From Dendrobates tinctorius (Eukaryota): a stretch of DNA of 64,000 bases. Where the stretch lies: contig NW_027361679.1 in the NCBI RefSeq assembly GCF_039654945.1, positions 34,410,001-34,474,000 on the forward strand, in the 5' to 3' direction. Shown here piece after piece: positions 48,505 to 61,150 of the stretch. The translations under genes were made by a program, and so were the position numbers. How positions within the stretch are numbered: position 1 is the stretch's first letter; the number at the start of each line of letters is the position of its first letter. Below the pieces are notes generated by a model that did no database searches, was not told where the DNA came from, and saw only the letters and a list, made by a program, of their open reading frames with translations.

Positions 48505-50845
48505 AGGGAACCTGTGATATACCAAATGCTATTAACCTGCAGAAATAGAGTTAATCTGCAGGTTAATAGCTCTCTAAAGATGCTCGGCCGCCGCACTGAA
48601 ATAGCAGCTAATGGCAAGAAATTAACTTTATTCCTTCCCCACAGCTTCTGGTTTTCAGTCATGTAGGCGATTCAGCACATTTTCAGTCACTGCTCAATGC
48701 ACAGCCTGTGGTGGCTGTAAGCATGCCCCCACTACTGATTGACAGCCAATTGTGCAGTGCATCAGTACAGAGACAGCTGGCTGTCAGTGCTGGGACATGC
48801 TTATAGCCATCACTCATTGTATATTGAAAGGTGACTGAAAACACGCTGGAACACCTCAATGACTGAGAGCTGGAAGGAATAAGAGTATGTTCACACCATC
48901 AGGAATGGTTCAGTATTTGCTCAGAATTTGACGCAGGAGAAATCTGCACCAAATCTGCATCTGAGGTCACTGACAGGTCAACTGCATTTTTGATGCGTTT
49001 TTTATTTGTGTTTTTGATGCATTTTTCCACATGCGTTTTTGATGCATTTTTTCATTGCATGCTTTTTTTGTCACTTGAAATAAAGCTAATTGAAAGTTGG
49101 CTTCTGAGAAGGAAAAAAAGTGATTTCCTGTTTGCAGATATATTGAGGTATGTTCCCGCAGTCAGTAAACGGTGTGGATTGGATGCTGCATACAACCGCA
49201 ATGTCCAACCTGCAGCATCCAGCTGTTACAGCATAGTGGAAGGGATTTCAAGAAATTCCATGCCCACTATGTGTGCACCAATGCCCACGGCTTCCCTGCA
49301 GAGACGGACATGCGGTGCATCTTTCCAGACCGTAGCATGTCAATTTATGTAGCAGCGTAAATTACCAATTCACTATGATTAGATGCGGTAAAACTGCATT
49401 ATCTTCCTAGTCACATGCGTATTAAATGCGGGAATGCAGTTTACTAATGGTGTGGGGTCCCCCTATATTTGTTAACCAGCCAGACTAAAGCAGACTACTG
49501 GGGCTGGTATTTCAGGCTGGTAAGGATCCAATATCCATGAACCTTACCAGCCTTTTAATACCAGGCCGCAGCAGTCTGCTTACCTTGGATGGCTAGGAAA
49601 AATAGTGGGATCCCCTCCAAAAACAATAGCGTGGGGTCCCCCTATTTTTGTTAACCAGCCAAGGAAAATACAGACAGCTGCGGCCTAGTAGTCTCAGGTT
49701 GGCGAGGCCCATGGATTTTGGCCCTCACCAGCCTAAAAATAAAAGCCCTCAGCCACCCCACAATTGGTACAGCCAAAGATGCGCCAATTGTGGCACTTTA
49801 CCCGGTTCTTCCCACTTGCCCAGTAGCAGTGGCAAGTGGGGTAATATTTATGGGGTTGATATCACCTTTGTATTGTCAGGTGACATCAAGCCCATGGCTT
49901 AGTAATGGAGAAGAGTCTGTAAGACACCCATCCATTACTAATCCTATAGTTACATGGTAAATAAAGACACAGCCAGAATAAAGTCCTTTAACTGAAATAA
50001 TCACACAGACTCTTTTAATAGATCTTAATTAAACCATACTTACTGCATCACCTATTCCACCAATGCCCTCATTCTCCTGTAAGAGAAATAAAATAAAAAA
50101 GCAACAGTGTACCTTACCTGTCCCCCGAGAAGATATACATCCTGTCCCATGATGAGTCCAGTTCTGCTGCATCTGGATGCCTTTGGCTGAACGGTGGCAT
50201 TGACACCACTCAGCCTGACATCTAGACACAGCGGAGCTTGAAGATGATGACTGCTGATGACCGGAAATAACTCGGTCACCAGCAGTCACGTGAACTCCAG
50301 TTCTCCCGGTGAGCTCAGCTCAACGCGAGAACTGCAGTGGATGCGAACTTCCGGCTGTAGCACAAGGTACACCTTTATTTAAATTAATTCACATGCATAG
50401 TAAGCTGTGTTCCCGCACTTATTACGCATGTAACTACAAAGATAATGCGGTTTTACCGCATCTAATTTAAACCCTATGGGTAATTTACGCTGCGGAGACT
50501 GAGCGTCTCTGCAACATAAATAGACATGCCGCGGTCTGGAAAGACGCGCCGTGTGTCCGTTTACATGGGTGAGCCGCGGGCATCTCTGAACGCATAGTGG
50601 ATATGGGATTTCTTGAAATCCCATCCACTATGCTGTAACATCTGGCCGCTGCGGGTTTGACGCTGCGGATGTATGCAGCATCAAACCCGCAGCATTTACT
50701 GACTGTGGGAACATACCCTTTAGTTCATTTCCTCCAGCTAGCTGCACTTTCAGTGTGTTGGCCAGGCAACATTAGAAAACTCTTAACCTGCAGATTAATC
50801 CTATATCTGCAGGTCAATAGCATTTGGGGACTTGACAGGTTCCGT
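48505..50845. mobile_element. T2/Kolobok-type MITE interrupted by a Harbinger-type element
   Basis: TTAA|AGGGAACCTGT...ACAGGTTCCGT|TTAA with mirrored acctgcag...ctgcaggt subtermini. Confidence 0.8.
48883..50718. mobile_element. Non-autonomous Harbinger-type element, related to 20413-22427
   Basis: GAGTATGTTCACAC...GTGGGAACATACCC ends; shared internal motifs (gtggggtcccc, agatgcgccaat, caggtgacat). Confidence 0.7.
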
Positions 50846-51368
50846 TTAAGTGTCCTCCCACCACGCTGCCCCCTTTCCATACAAATGTGAAGGGTTAATA
50901 CTAAAATCAGAGCTTAAGTTTCACTTCTCCATTTCTCTGTAAGGTTTCGTTTCTTAATTTTTGTTGTTGTAAGATAAATTTTTGTAATTGGCATGGGCTG
51001 TCATGAAACCAGACTGTTCCCATCTGTATAAGATAAGGGAGGCGGGGGTGTAAAACTCTGAAGAATATGCCATTATACTACTTTCTACACTATTTAGGTA
51101 CGACATATATGTAGTTTCCGGTTTTCTTGCAATATTATTGGCTCATAAAGTGAAATGATGCTATTGGTATTGAGAACCTTGCATAATTAAGCAAAAGATT
51201 ATAAAAGATGTGACTAAAATAAAGGGGCTTAGTGATCTGTCTCGATCCTCCCGTACAGAGACCCCCGTCCTCCGTGTGGTCATTTGAGTTGCTAGCAACG
51301 CCCTGTGAACTAATTTGGAAATCACTGGCTCAACCGTGAAGGGTTAATTTAGCCCTACCTCAACAGCT

Positions 51369-51386
51369 TGGTGCCCAACGTGGGGC
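51369..51386 (+). promoter_or_regulatory. Primer binding site, tRNA-Lys(CUU)-like
   Basis: TGGTGCCCAACGTGGGGC; one mismatch to the canonical Lys1,2 PBS TGGCGCCCAACGTGGGGC, 3 nt after the LTR. Confidence 0.88.
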
Positions 51387-51970
51387 CCCCGAACAGGGAC
51401 ACATCTGCCCCTGGAGGACAACAAGACAAAGGACCCTCGGAGCGGACACGGGTGCTGGAAAATTGGGACTGATCACCCCCCCACGACAACCACGGTAAGT
51501 TGGCAGTTATACTGTTCAGAATGACCGTTGGTGTGGTTTTCCAGTGCTTGTTGCTGCAAAGAGGATCTGAGGTTTGTCCCCTGGTGGGGTGATTCATGGG
51601 TGGAATCATATAGAGGTGCAGTCCCGTAGGGGGCCCAGTGCTCGAACCGTACCTCATAAGGGACGGACACCCCGGATTGACCAGTGATTGTGACTCTCTT
51701 TATAGTCAAAATATCCTGAATTCCTGATCATTGTTAGTTATCAGGCGTGGTGAGTGATCGAAGAAGGGTAGGATACATAACTCAGGTATATATAGATAGA
51801 TATATATAACCAGAGGTGTCCGGAGGGATAGTCTGAGACGCCCTCCTCCTTTCACTGAGTACCGCGAATTTTGGGCTTCCCAGAGGGGGTTGACCCTGTG
51901 GAACAAACGGAGACGGCTGCTCCAGTATTGTGCACAATTTGTCAGGATATTTAGCTCTAAAGGAGAGAAT

Positions 51971-52612
51971 TATGTTTCTGTGGAAGAAAAAGAAAAGTTT
52001 GGAATTGTGTGAAGGATCAGATACTGTTAGTCTTATGATTCAAAGACGAGGAAAGAAATGTGTCAGGAATGCAGGAAAAATATTTTCGATTCTGGGATTT
52101 CCTAAGGGCGGGAGGTTGCAGTCTACGCTATGGGATGAAGGAGTTAAAAGGTTGACTGATGATGGATTACTTAAAGGAGCTGAGGAATTCCGTGGCTTGG
52201 CACATGAATTGTATAATGAAGGTTATGTGGAAATTGAACAGCAAGTGACTGTGGTGTGAGAATGTGATTGATTAAAGAAGGAGCTAAGATCCAGACAATG
52301 TGTCAGGCAGTCGAATAGTTAAAAGTGATGATTTGAAACAAGAAGTTTCCCTGCTAGATGATAAGGTCCCTCCCCAGGAAATCCCTTAACCCTAAGGCAC
52401 CGATGTATCCTGGACTACCGAAACTCAGTATGCCCCCACCCTATGATCCTGCCGGGTGGATCTGTGCTGTATGTGTAGTTACTAATCCTCGGTGGAGAGA
52501 GGTCTGTTATAATTGTGGCACAAGAAGACCGAGAGTTGCAGCCCCCACCTTTGCTGATGGCACCTATTATCATCCGCCGCCAGCCTTAGTCCCCGTTATT
52601 GCTAGTGGTTGA
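51971..52612 (+). pseudogene. ERV gag N-terminal remnant (MA-like region, YPxL and PPPY late domains, RanBP2-type zinc finger)
   Basis: ORFs 51930-52259 (FPKGGRL...W) and 52358-52612 (YPGL, PPPY, WICAVCVVTNPRWREVCYNC). Confidence 0.65.
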
Positions 52613-52899
52613 GTATCCACCCCTTCCATTTACCAGCTCCAGAGGAAAAAAAAAGTTTTCAGAAGACTTTAACCTGCTCTGTTCAGGAGAGAGAGAGAGA
52701 GAAAAAAAAGCAAGCTAGCAGCTGCAGCTGCTTCAGTACCCCCTCCCATCTTAGCCCACACCATATCCCCCTTCGCCCCCACCGTAGCTGGGAGCACACA
52801 GCCAGTCTCTTATCAGTATTATTGAGTATCATTGAAGCACACATCAAACTCTCGCCCCCCCTCAGACTTCAGCTAGTGGGAACCCTGCTCCTCAGCCCC

Positions 52900-55800
52900 T
52901 CCCTGCTAATTCTCGTTACTGCTCAGTTCGTAATCTCTCTCACATGTCCTGTAAATTTACTAGGGGTAGATTTATTATCACAGTTCCGCTCCAGAAGACA
53001 ATTCCAAGATGATGGTCAGATGGTTTTATTTGTTATATAATCCCTATGTAGATGAAGACAGTGAGGAAATCTGTATTTTGCATGCCCTTCTTACAGTTAT
53101 GATGGCCCTGATAGGCCCAGATCCACCCCCAATATTGCCTGAGGATCAATGACTCACCCCATACCTCTCAGAGATACCATCTAAACTCTGGTCAAAAGGG
53201 TCAAATGATATAGGGAAAATGCCTGTAGAACCAGTAAAAGTGTTTCTCAAACCTGGTGCCTAATCTACATACTCTTTCATCCCAGATACCCCAGGATGCT
53301 GCTTGGTTTACAGTTATTGATCTTACCAATGCCTTCTTTAGCATTCTGTTACACCCAGACAGCCAGTTTCTATTTGCATTCACTTATCAGGGACGACAGT
53401 TAACATGGACAGTTATGCCACAAGGGGCCCAAAACAGTCCTAACCAGTTTTCAAAAAAAAATAAAAAATGAGCAGGTGTCTTTTGCCATTGTTGCCACTG
53501 TTAGCCTCCTTAAAGCATCTGGCAGCACTGAACTGTCGGGTTTCGGTCTCGAGACTTCAGTTCTGCCTTGGTCAAGTGATATTCTTGGGTCACTGTCTCC
53601 TTCAGGGTGCCAGACACCTCGCAGAAGAAAGAAAAATAGCTGTCAGCTCCCTTCCTTTCCCAAAAGATGAATCTGAACTCCAGCGTTTTCTTGGACTATG
53701 CACTTATTTTTGTCAGTGGATACCGGATAAATCCCACATAATGCAACCTGTTATGATTGAATCACCGTAGGAGGCAAAAACAGAAATGCTAGCTAAGTCC
53801 AGAAAACCAGAGAGGTTGGCAGCTATCGGATTGCAGACCCCTGAACCTATCAACACAACTAGCAGTAGCCATGGGGGGTTCCTACGATGCCCTAGACCCA
53901 TCGATCACAGCCGGAGGACTAAATAGCCTAAAGACAGAAAGGGAAATCTAAACTGCTCCAGAGCAGACCCCAAAGCAAAAGGCAGCCCCCCACATATAAT
54001 GACGGTGAAGCAAGAAGAAAGAACACAACACAGACAGAAAGATAGACTGAGCAAAGACAGGGCCCAAGCTAACTAGATAGGAAAGGACAGGAAGGCTGCT
54101 GTCTGCAATCCGTGAAAAACCCTATGAAAATAAGAGCCAACAGACTGACAGTGAAAAAGGCCCTGAAGACGCTAGGCTTCAAAAAGACTATGTCAGTACT
54201 CAGGAATATTCTGAAGACAGAGCAACCAGCAAAAGGAGATTCAGCTCACCCCAGCAGGGAATGGCAGAATCCAGAAAAGCATGGCAAACAAAAACAAAAC
54301 ACAAATGCTAAAAGGCAAAGCAGAAAACTTAGCTTTAGAGGAGCAGGAATCAGACTGGTCTCCTAGAAGTCCACAGAGAAATCACCCGCAGGGCAGAAGG
54401 GCGTCGGCAGCCTTATATCCAGTCCGTGACTCCACTCAGCCAGTCATCATCATTAGGCTCAGGTGCCTGATAATCAGGCTCATTACCTTCCTTTACCAGA
54501 ATAGGGAGTTCACCAGACCTCAGTGACGAAGGGGAAAATGAACTCACAACAGTACCTCCCCCTTGAGGAGGGGTCACCGAACCCTCAACCACGCCACCAG
54601 GGCGATCTGGGTTAGCCCGATGAAAGGCACACACCAATCTTTTGGCATGAATATCAGAGGCAGAGACCCAGGAATTATCCTCCTGACCATAACCCTTCCA
54701 CTTAACCAAATACTGGAGTCTCCGTCTAGCCAGACGGGAATCCAGTATTTTCTCTACCTCATATTCCATGTTACCTTCAACCAATACAGTGTCCGGAAGT
54801 GCCACCCCAGGAACAACTGGTTCAAAAAACCTCTTCAACAAGGACTTATGGAACACATTATGGATTTTAAATGTGACAGGAAGAGCCAAACGAAAAGAGA
54901 CCGGATTAATAATCTCTAAAATCTTGTAAGGTCCAATAAATCTAGGCTTAAACTTAGGAGAAGCCACCTTCATAGCAATATTTTTTGATGATAACCACAC
55001 CATATCACCAATCTTAAACTGGGAACCAATGGTCCTATGTCGATTGGAAAACCGCTGGGCCTTTTCCTGGGAGAGAGATAACTTATCCACCACTTGGTCC
55101 CAGATCTGGTGCATTCTCTCCACCACAGTGTCAACACCTGGGCAGGCAGAAGGCTCCACCTGCCCTGAAGAAAATCGAGGATGAAACCCAAAGTTACAAA
55201 AAAAGGTGACATCAAAGTGGCAGAACTAGCTCTATTATTTAAAGCAAATTCGGCCAAGGGCAAAAATGAAACCCAATCATCCTGATCAGCGGAAATAAAA
55301 CATCTCAAATACGACTCCAAGGTCTGGTTTGTTCTCTCTGTCTGCCCATTGGTCTGAGGGTGAAAAGCAGAGGAGAAGGACAACTGAATTCCCAGCTTGG
55401 AACAGAAAGTCCTCCAAAATCTAGACACAAACTGAACTCCTCTGTCAGATACAATGTTCTCAGGAATCCCGTGCAAGCGAACCACCTGTTGCAAAAACAG
55501 GGGCACCAACTCAGAGGAAGACGGCAACTTAGGGAGTGGTACAAGATGAACCATCATAGAGAACCTATCACAAATCACCCAAATAACAGTCATTCTTTGA
55601 GAGACCGGCATATCAGAGATGAAATCCATTGAAATATGGGTCCATGGCCTCCTGGGGACCGGCAAAGGCATCAACAACCCATTAAAGCGAAAACAAGATT
55701 TAGACCGGGAGCAAGTCCCACAGGACTGCAAAAAACTCCTGACATCATGAGACAAGGTGGGCCACCAAAAAGAGCGACTCACCAGATCTCTAGTACCAAA

Positions 55801-58800
55801 AATACCTGGATGACCAGCCAATGCAGAGCAATGAACTTCAGACATCACTCTCTTCTTCCACTGGTCAGGAACATACAACTTTCCACTGGGACAACGCTCA
55901 GGTTTGTCCTCCTGGAACTCTTGCAGAGCAAGTCTCAAATCGGGCGAGAGGGCAGAAAGAGCTACCCCTTCGCCTAAGATGGTAGCAGGCTTGGTCACCA
56001 CAGGAGAATCAGCAAAGAAGCTCCTAGAGAGGGCGTCTGCCTTGACATTCTTAGTTCCAGGAAGAAAAGAGACCACAAAATCAAAACGTGTAAAAAACAA
56101 GGCCCACCTAGCCTGTCTAGGGTTCAAGCGTTTAGCCGACTCTAGGTAAATCAAATTCTTGTGGTCAGTGAGGACCACAACTTGATGTTTAGCTCCCTCC
56201 AACCAATGTCTCCACTCCTCAAATGCTCATTTCATGGCCAACAGTTCCCGATTCCCCACATCATAGTTACGTTCAGATGGAGAGAACTTTCGGGAAAAGA
56301 AAGCACAGGGATTCATTTTAGATGTTACAGGATCCTTTTGGGACAAAACAGCTCCTGCACCAATCTCAGAAGCATCCACCTCTACCTGGAACGGGAGTGA
56401 GACATCAGGTTGCCGCAAAACCGGGGCGGAGGTAAATCTTCGCTTCAGCTCCTGAAAGGAAGCAACAGCCTCCGGAGACCAATTCAACACATCAGCACCC
56501 TTCTTAGTCAGATTAGCCAATGGCATGGCAATACTAGAAAATTTTGCTATAAATTTCCGATAAAAATTAGCAAAACCCTAAAACTTCTGGAGGGCCTTCA
56601 AAGAAGTGGGCTGAACCCAATCATAAATGGCCTGTACCTTGGCCGGGTCCATTTCAATAGTTGACGGAGACAAAATAAATCCCAAAAATGAAATCCTCTG
56701 TACTTCAAAAAGGCATTTCGATCCTTTGACATACAGGGAATTCTCCCTCCAGATCCGGAACACAGTCCGAATATGTTCCACATGAGAATCCCAATCCTTG
56801 GAGAAGATCAAAATATCATCCAGATAGATAATCAAAAATTTATCAACAAAGTCTCGGAAAATATCGTTCATGAAGCACTGGAAGACAGAAGGGGCATTAG
56901 TGAGCCCAAAAGGCATCACCAGGTACACAAAATGTCCCTCCGGAGTATTAAACGCCGTCTTCCATTCATCCCCCTGCTTAATGCGGATAAGATTATACGC
57001 CCCCTGAGGTCAAGCTTGGTAAACCAGCAAGCACCTCTAACTCTAGAGAATATATCCGAAATCAGGGGTAACGGATACTGATATTTAATAGTAATTTTGT
57101 TGAGGGCACGATAATCAATACAAGGCCTTAAAGAACCATCCTTTTTAACCACAAAAAAAAAACGGCACCTAAGGGTGAAGAGGATGGTCTAATATGACCC
57201 TTCTCCAACGCCTCCTTAATATAGGACCGCATAGCCTCGTGCTCGGGTACAGATAAATTGAAGAGCTGACCCTTGGGAAATTTACACCCCGGGCTCAGTT
57301 CAATTGCACATAACTCCTATGAGGAGGCAAGGACGCAGACTTATTCTCACTAAATACATCATAAAAGTCCGTCAAATAGTCAGGAACATTATGCGACTGA
57401 GGAGAGGTGGAAAAAACCGGAGCCTCACTAAAGGCACACCGACAACCCCAACTCACCACAGACACAGATTTCCAATCCAAAACTGGATTATGAATTTGCA
57501 ACCAGGGAAACCCCAGAACAACGGCATCATGCAGACCATGCAACACCAAAAATCTGCAATTTTCTTGATGGTCTGGGGCGACCCGCATGACCACCTGGGT
57601 CCAAAACTGAGGTTTATTTTTCGCCAAAGGAGTAGCATCAATCCCCCTTAAAGGGATAGGCGTCTGCAGAGGAGTCATCGGAAATCCACAACGTTTAGCA
57701 AAATCCAAGTCCATTAGGTTTAGCGCTGCTCCCGAATCCACAAAAGCCTTGGCGGAAAATGTGGACAGGGAGCAGATCAGAATAATTGCCAGAAGAAACT
57801 TAGGTTGAACACCACCAACAGAAAATGTGTGTGCAAAGCGTTTCTCTCGCTTAGGACAAACAGAAATAATATGCGAGGGTAAGGGCCGCCCACTTTCGGA
57901 ACTTTTGACAGTACAACTCTGCAGAATCTCAACCCTGGTTCAATGCCAACAGGGTCTTTTCAGCCTGATCAATAGCATTAGGTTCGTCATACAACAACCC
58001 CAAGGCTTGAAAGAATGCGTTCACATTAGTCAGAATAGGATCATCTGGTTTCAAAGAAAATGCCCAATCCTGGGGATCGCCACACAGCAAAGAGATGACA
58101 ATTTTAACCTGCTGCGCGGAGCTCCCTGATGAGTTAGGCTTCAAGGCAAAAAATAATTTACAATTATTTTTGAAACTCAAAAATTTAGATCGATCCCCAA
58201 AAAACACATCAGGTGTAGGGATCTTTGGTTCAACAGCATGCGAATGAGCAAGGTAGGCGGAAATTCCCCGCACTTCCGCAGCGAGCTGCTCCACACGATC
58301 AGACAATTGCTTTATCTCCATTGAGAGAAAAAAAATTCCCCCTACGGTCTCAGAGATATAGAGGAAAGAATATACACACTCTTTTTTTTTTTTTAAACAC
58401 AATTCTTTCCTACTATTGAGTACCCTAGGATCTGCGTTATGGCTGGTGATTCTGTTATGATTGAGTCACCGTAGGAGGCATAAACAGAAATGCTAGCTAA
58501 GTCCAGAAAACCAGAGAGGTTGGCAGCTATCGGATTGCAGACCCCTGAACCTATCAACACAACTAGCAGTAGCCGTGGGGGGTTCCTACGATGCCCTAGA
58601 CCCATCGATCACAGCCGGAGGACTAAATAGCCTAAAGACAGAAAGGGAAATCTAAACTGCCCCAGAGCAGACCCCAAAGCAAAAGGCAGCCCCTCACATA
58701 TAATGACGGTGAAGCAAGAAGAAAGAACACAACACAGACAGAAAGATAGACTGAGCAAAGACGGGGCCCAAGCTAACTAGATAGGAAAGGACAGGAAGGC

Positions 58801-60820
58801 TGCTGTCTGCAATCCATGAAAAACCCTATGAAAATAAGAGCCAACAGACTGACAGTGAAAAAGGCCCTGAAGACGCTAGGCTTCAAAAAGACTATGTCAG
58901 TACTCAGGAATATTCTGAAGACAGAGCAACCGGCAAAAGGAGATTCAGCTCACCCCAGCAGGGAATGGCATAATCCAGAAAAGCAGGGCAAACAAAAACA
59001 AAACACAAATGCTAAAAGGCAAAGCAGAAAACTTAGCTTTAGAGGAGCAGGAATCAGACTGGTCTCCTAGAAGTCCACAGAGAAATCACCCGCAGGGCAG
59101 AAGGGCGTCGGCAGCCTTATATCCAGTCCGTGACTCCACTCAGCCAGTCATCATCATTAGGCTCAGGTGCCTGATAATCAGGCTCATTACCTTCCTTTAC
59201 CAGAATAGCGAGTTCACCAGACCTCAGTGACGAAGGGGAAAATGTATTCACAACAGCAACCCCTTTACAACACCTTGAAAGACGGTATAATGAACTATAA
59301 GGAAAGATGTCAGTGATGAGGATTACCTCCAATATGATTGTTCCCAATTTCTGGCTGAAGAAACAGCTACTCCACCAAATGTCAGTGAGAATCCACTCCC
59401 AAATCCCGATCTGGTGTTATAGACGGATGGTTCAAGATATGCTGATGAGTTTGGTAGATTCCACACGGGATACGCTGTTACCACAGAGGACACTGTCATG
59501 CACGCAGCTGCGCTCCCGCCCTCACAGTCAGCACAAGAAGCAGAACTCCAGGCTCTGTCTACTGCATGTACTTTGGCCAAGAACAGACGCGCTAATATAT
59601 TCACGGACTCACGGTATGCATTTGGTATTGCTCACGATTTTGGGGCTCTATGGGCCAATCGAGGGTTTATTACTACTGTCGGAACCCCAATGAAAAATGC
59701 TGAAGCTGTTAAAACTCTCATGGGCTCGATCAAATTACCTACTCAGGTGGCCATTATCAAAGTCAAGGCGCATGGTCCTAGGAACAGTCCACAGACTGTT
59801 GGCAACACATTTGCGGATATGCAAGCAAAAGCCGCCACTCTCTTACCCGTTGAACCATCTATACCAACTATGGTGACCACACGCTCTCAGTGTAAACAGT
59901 TACAAGAAGCACTGACCCTACAAGAACCTGATGATCTACAACAGACTGAAGTTTTCTGTCCGACCCCGCGAGACCGCTTAATGACGATGCAGAGAATGTC
60001 TCCAAAGGAAGAGGTGAAGCAATGGAAGACTGATGGGGCACGAATGGATAATGGTCTCTGGAAAAAGGACCAACTTGTGTGTCTCCCTAAGCGGATGTAC
60101 CCTGCTATTGCCACATGGGCACATGGGCCTACACATCGAGGAAAGAATCAGGCCCTTGCACTGGTGCAAAAATTCTACTGGGCCCCGGTTCTCCAGTTGG
60201 CCGGAAGCATTCCCTGTTACCAACATGACTGCAAAAACCACAGCGAAGAAACTGGTGATGGAAGCCATATGCAGATATGGGGTTCTAGAAGTTGTTGAAA
60301 GTGATCAAGGTCCGGCCTTTTCTTCTCATGTGTACTAAGAAGTTCTGACAATGCTTGGATCCACTGTAGCCCTCCATACACCGTTTCACAATCCAGTGGG
60401 GAAGTTGAGAGGTTGAATGGCACACTGAAGGGACAACTGACCAAAAATGATGCAGGAGACTATGGCTCCATGGCCAGAGCAACTACCCATTGTACTATGC
60501 CACATTCGTACTACCCCTATTGCAAAACATGGCCTGTTCCCAAATGAGATATTGTTTGGTACTAGGCCCCCAGTTGCAAATTTCCAACCCCAGCAGTTAT
60601 CAGAAGAAACTGACCGTGTTGTTCAATATGTTATTCTGCTTAGTAAAAATCTTGCTAACACCTACAGTATGTTCTAGTTTTCTTTTCTTTTCCAGATTCA
60701 GCAGAAACCGACACCTGTCATAACCTGAAACCTGGTGATTTGGTAGTCGTGAAGAAGCATGTCAGGAAGCATGGACTAGAACCCTTGTATGATGGTCCCT
60801 ATCAAGTTCTCCTCATCACC
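52900..60820 (+). pseudogene. ERV pro-pol remnants, split by the Gypsy insertion
   Basis: Fragments 52945-52985 (PR), 53256-53748 (RT, YxDD region deleted), 59262-60190 (RNase H, IN N-terminus), 60190-60820 (IN core, GPY/F). Reading MQPLYNTLK is restored across the Gypsy TSD. Confidence 0.88.
53749..59255 (-). mobile_element. Ty3/Gypsy chromovirus LTR retrotransposon with both LTRs, defective ORFs
   Basis: 803-bp LTRs 53749-54551 and 58453-59255 (about 13 mismatches by eye), TSD GCAACC, PPT next to 54551. Gag 57929-58402, PR DSGA, RT YLDD, RNase H, IN, chromodomain YEVEKILDSR...YLVKWKGY. Confidence 0.97.
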
Positions 60821-60850
60821 CAACAAGCCAATAGCAAATAAAGGGGCATA

Positions 60851-61150
60851 ATGTTTTGGTTTTTCGCATTTTCCATATTATTGGTAGAAGTTAAAAGTTA
60901 AAGTTAGAAGATATTCAAAGACTCAGAGATCAATATGATAAAGACAATGATTGTAATAAGGACAGTTGGTGGTCAGACACTTTCTCCTTTCTCAATCCAG
61001 CCAATTGATTTAAGGGAATTGGGAGCTGGATAGCTGGGATCTTACAGAGCTTGTTACACATTGCTGCCTGTATCCTTGTTGTATATGTGATGCTAAAACT
61101 TGTTCTTTGGTGTATTTCTGTATGTATTAGGAAAATTCTGCACTAAGACA
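60851..61150 (+). pseudogene. ERV env remnant (signal-peptide-like start and transmembrane end only)
   Basis: MFWFFAFSILLVEVK at 60851; FSFLNPAN*FKGIGSWIAGILQSLLHIAACILVVYVMLKLVLWC at ~60981-61112. Confidence 0.65.
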
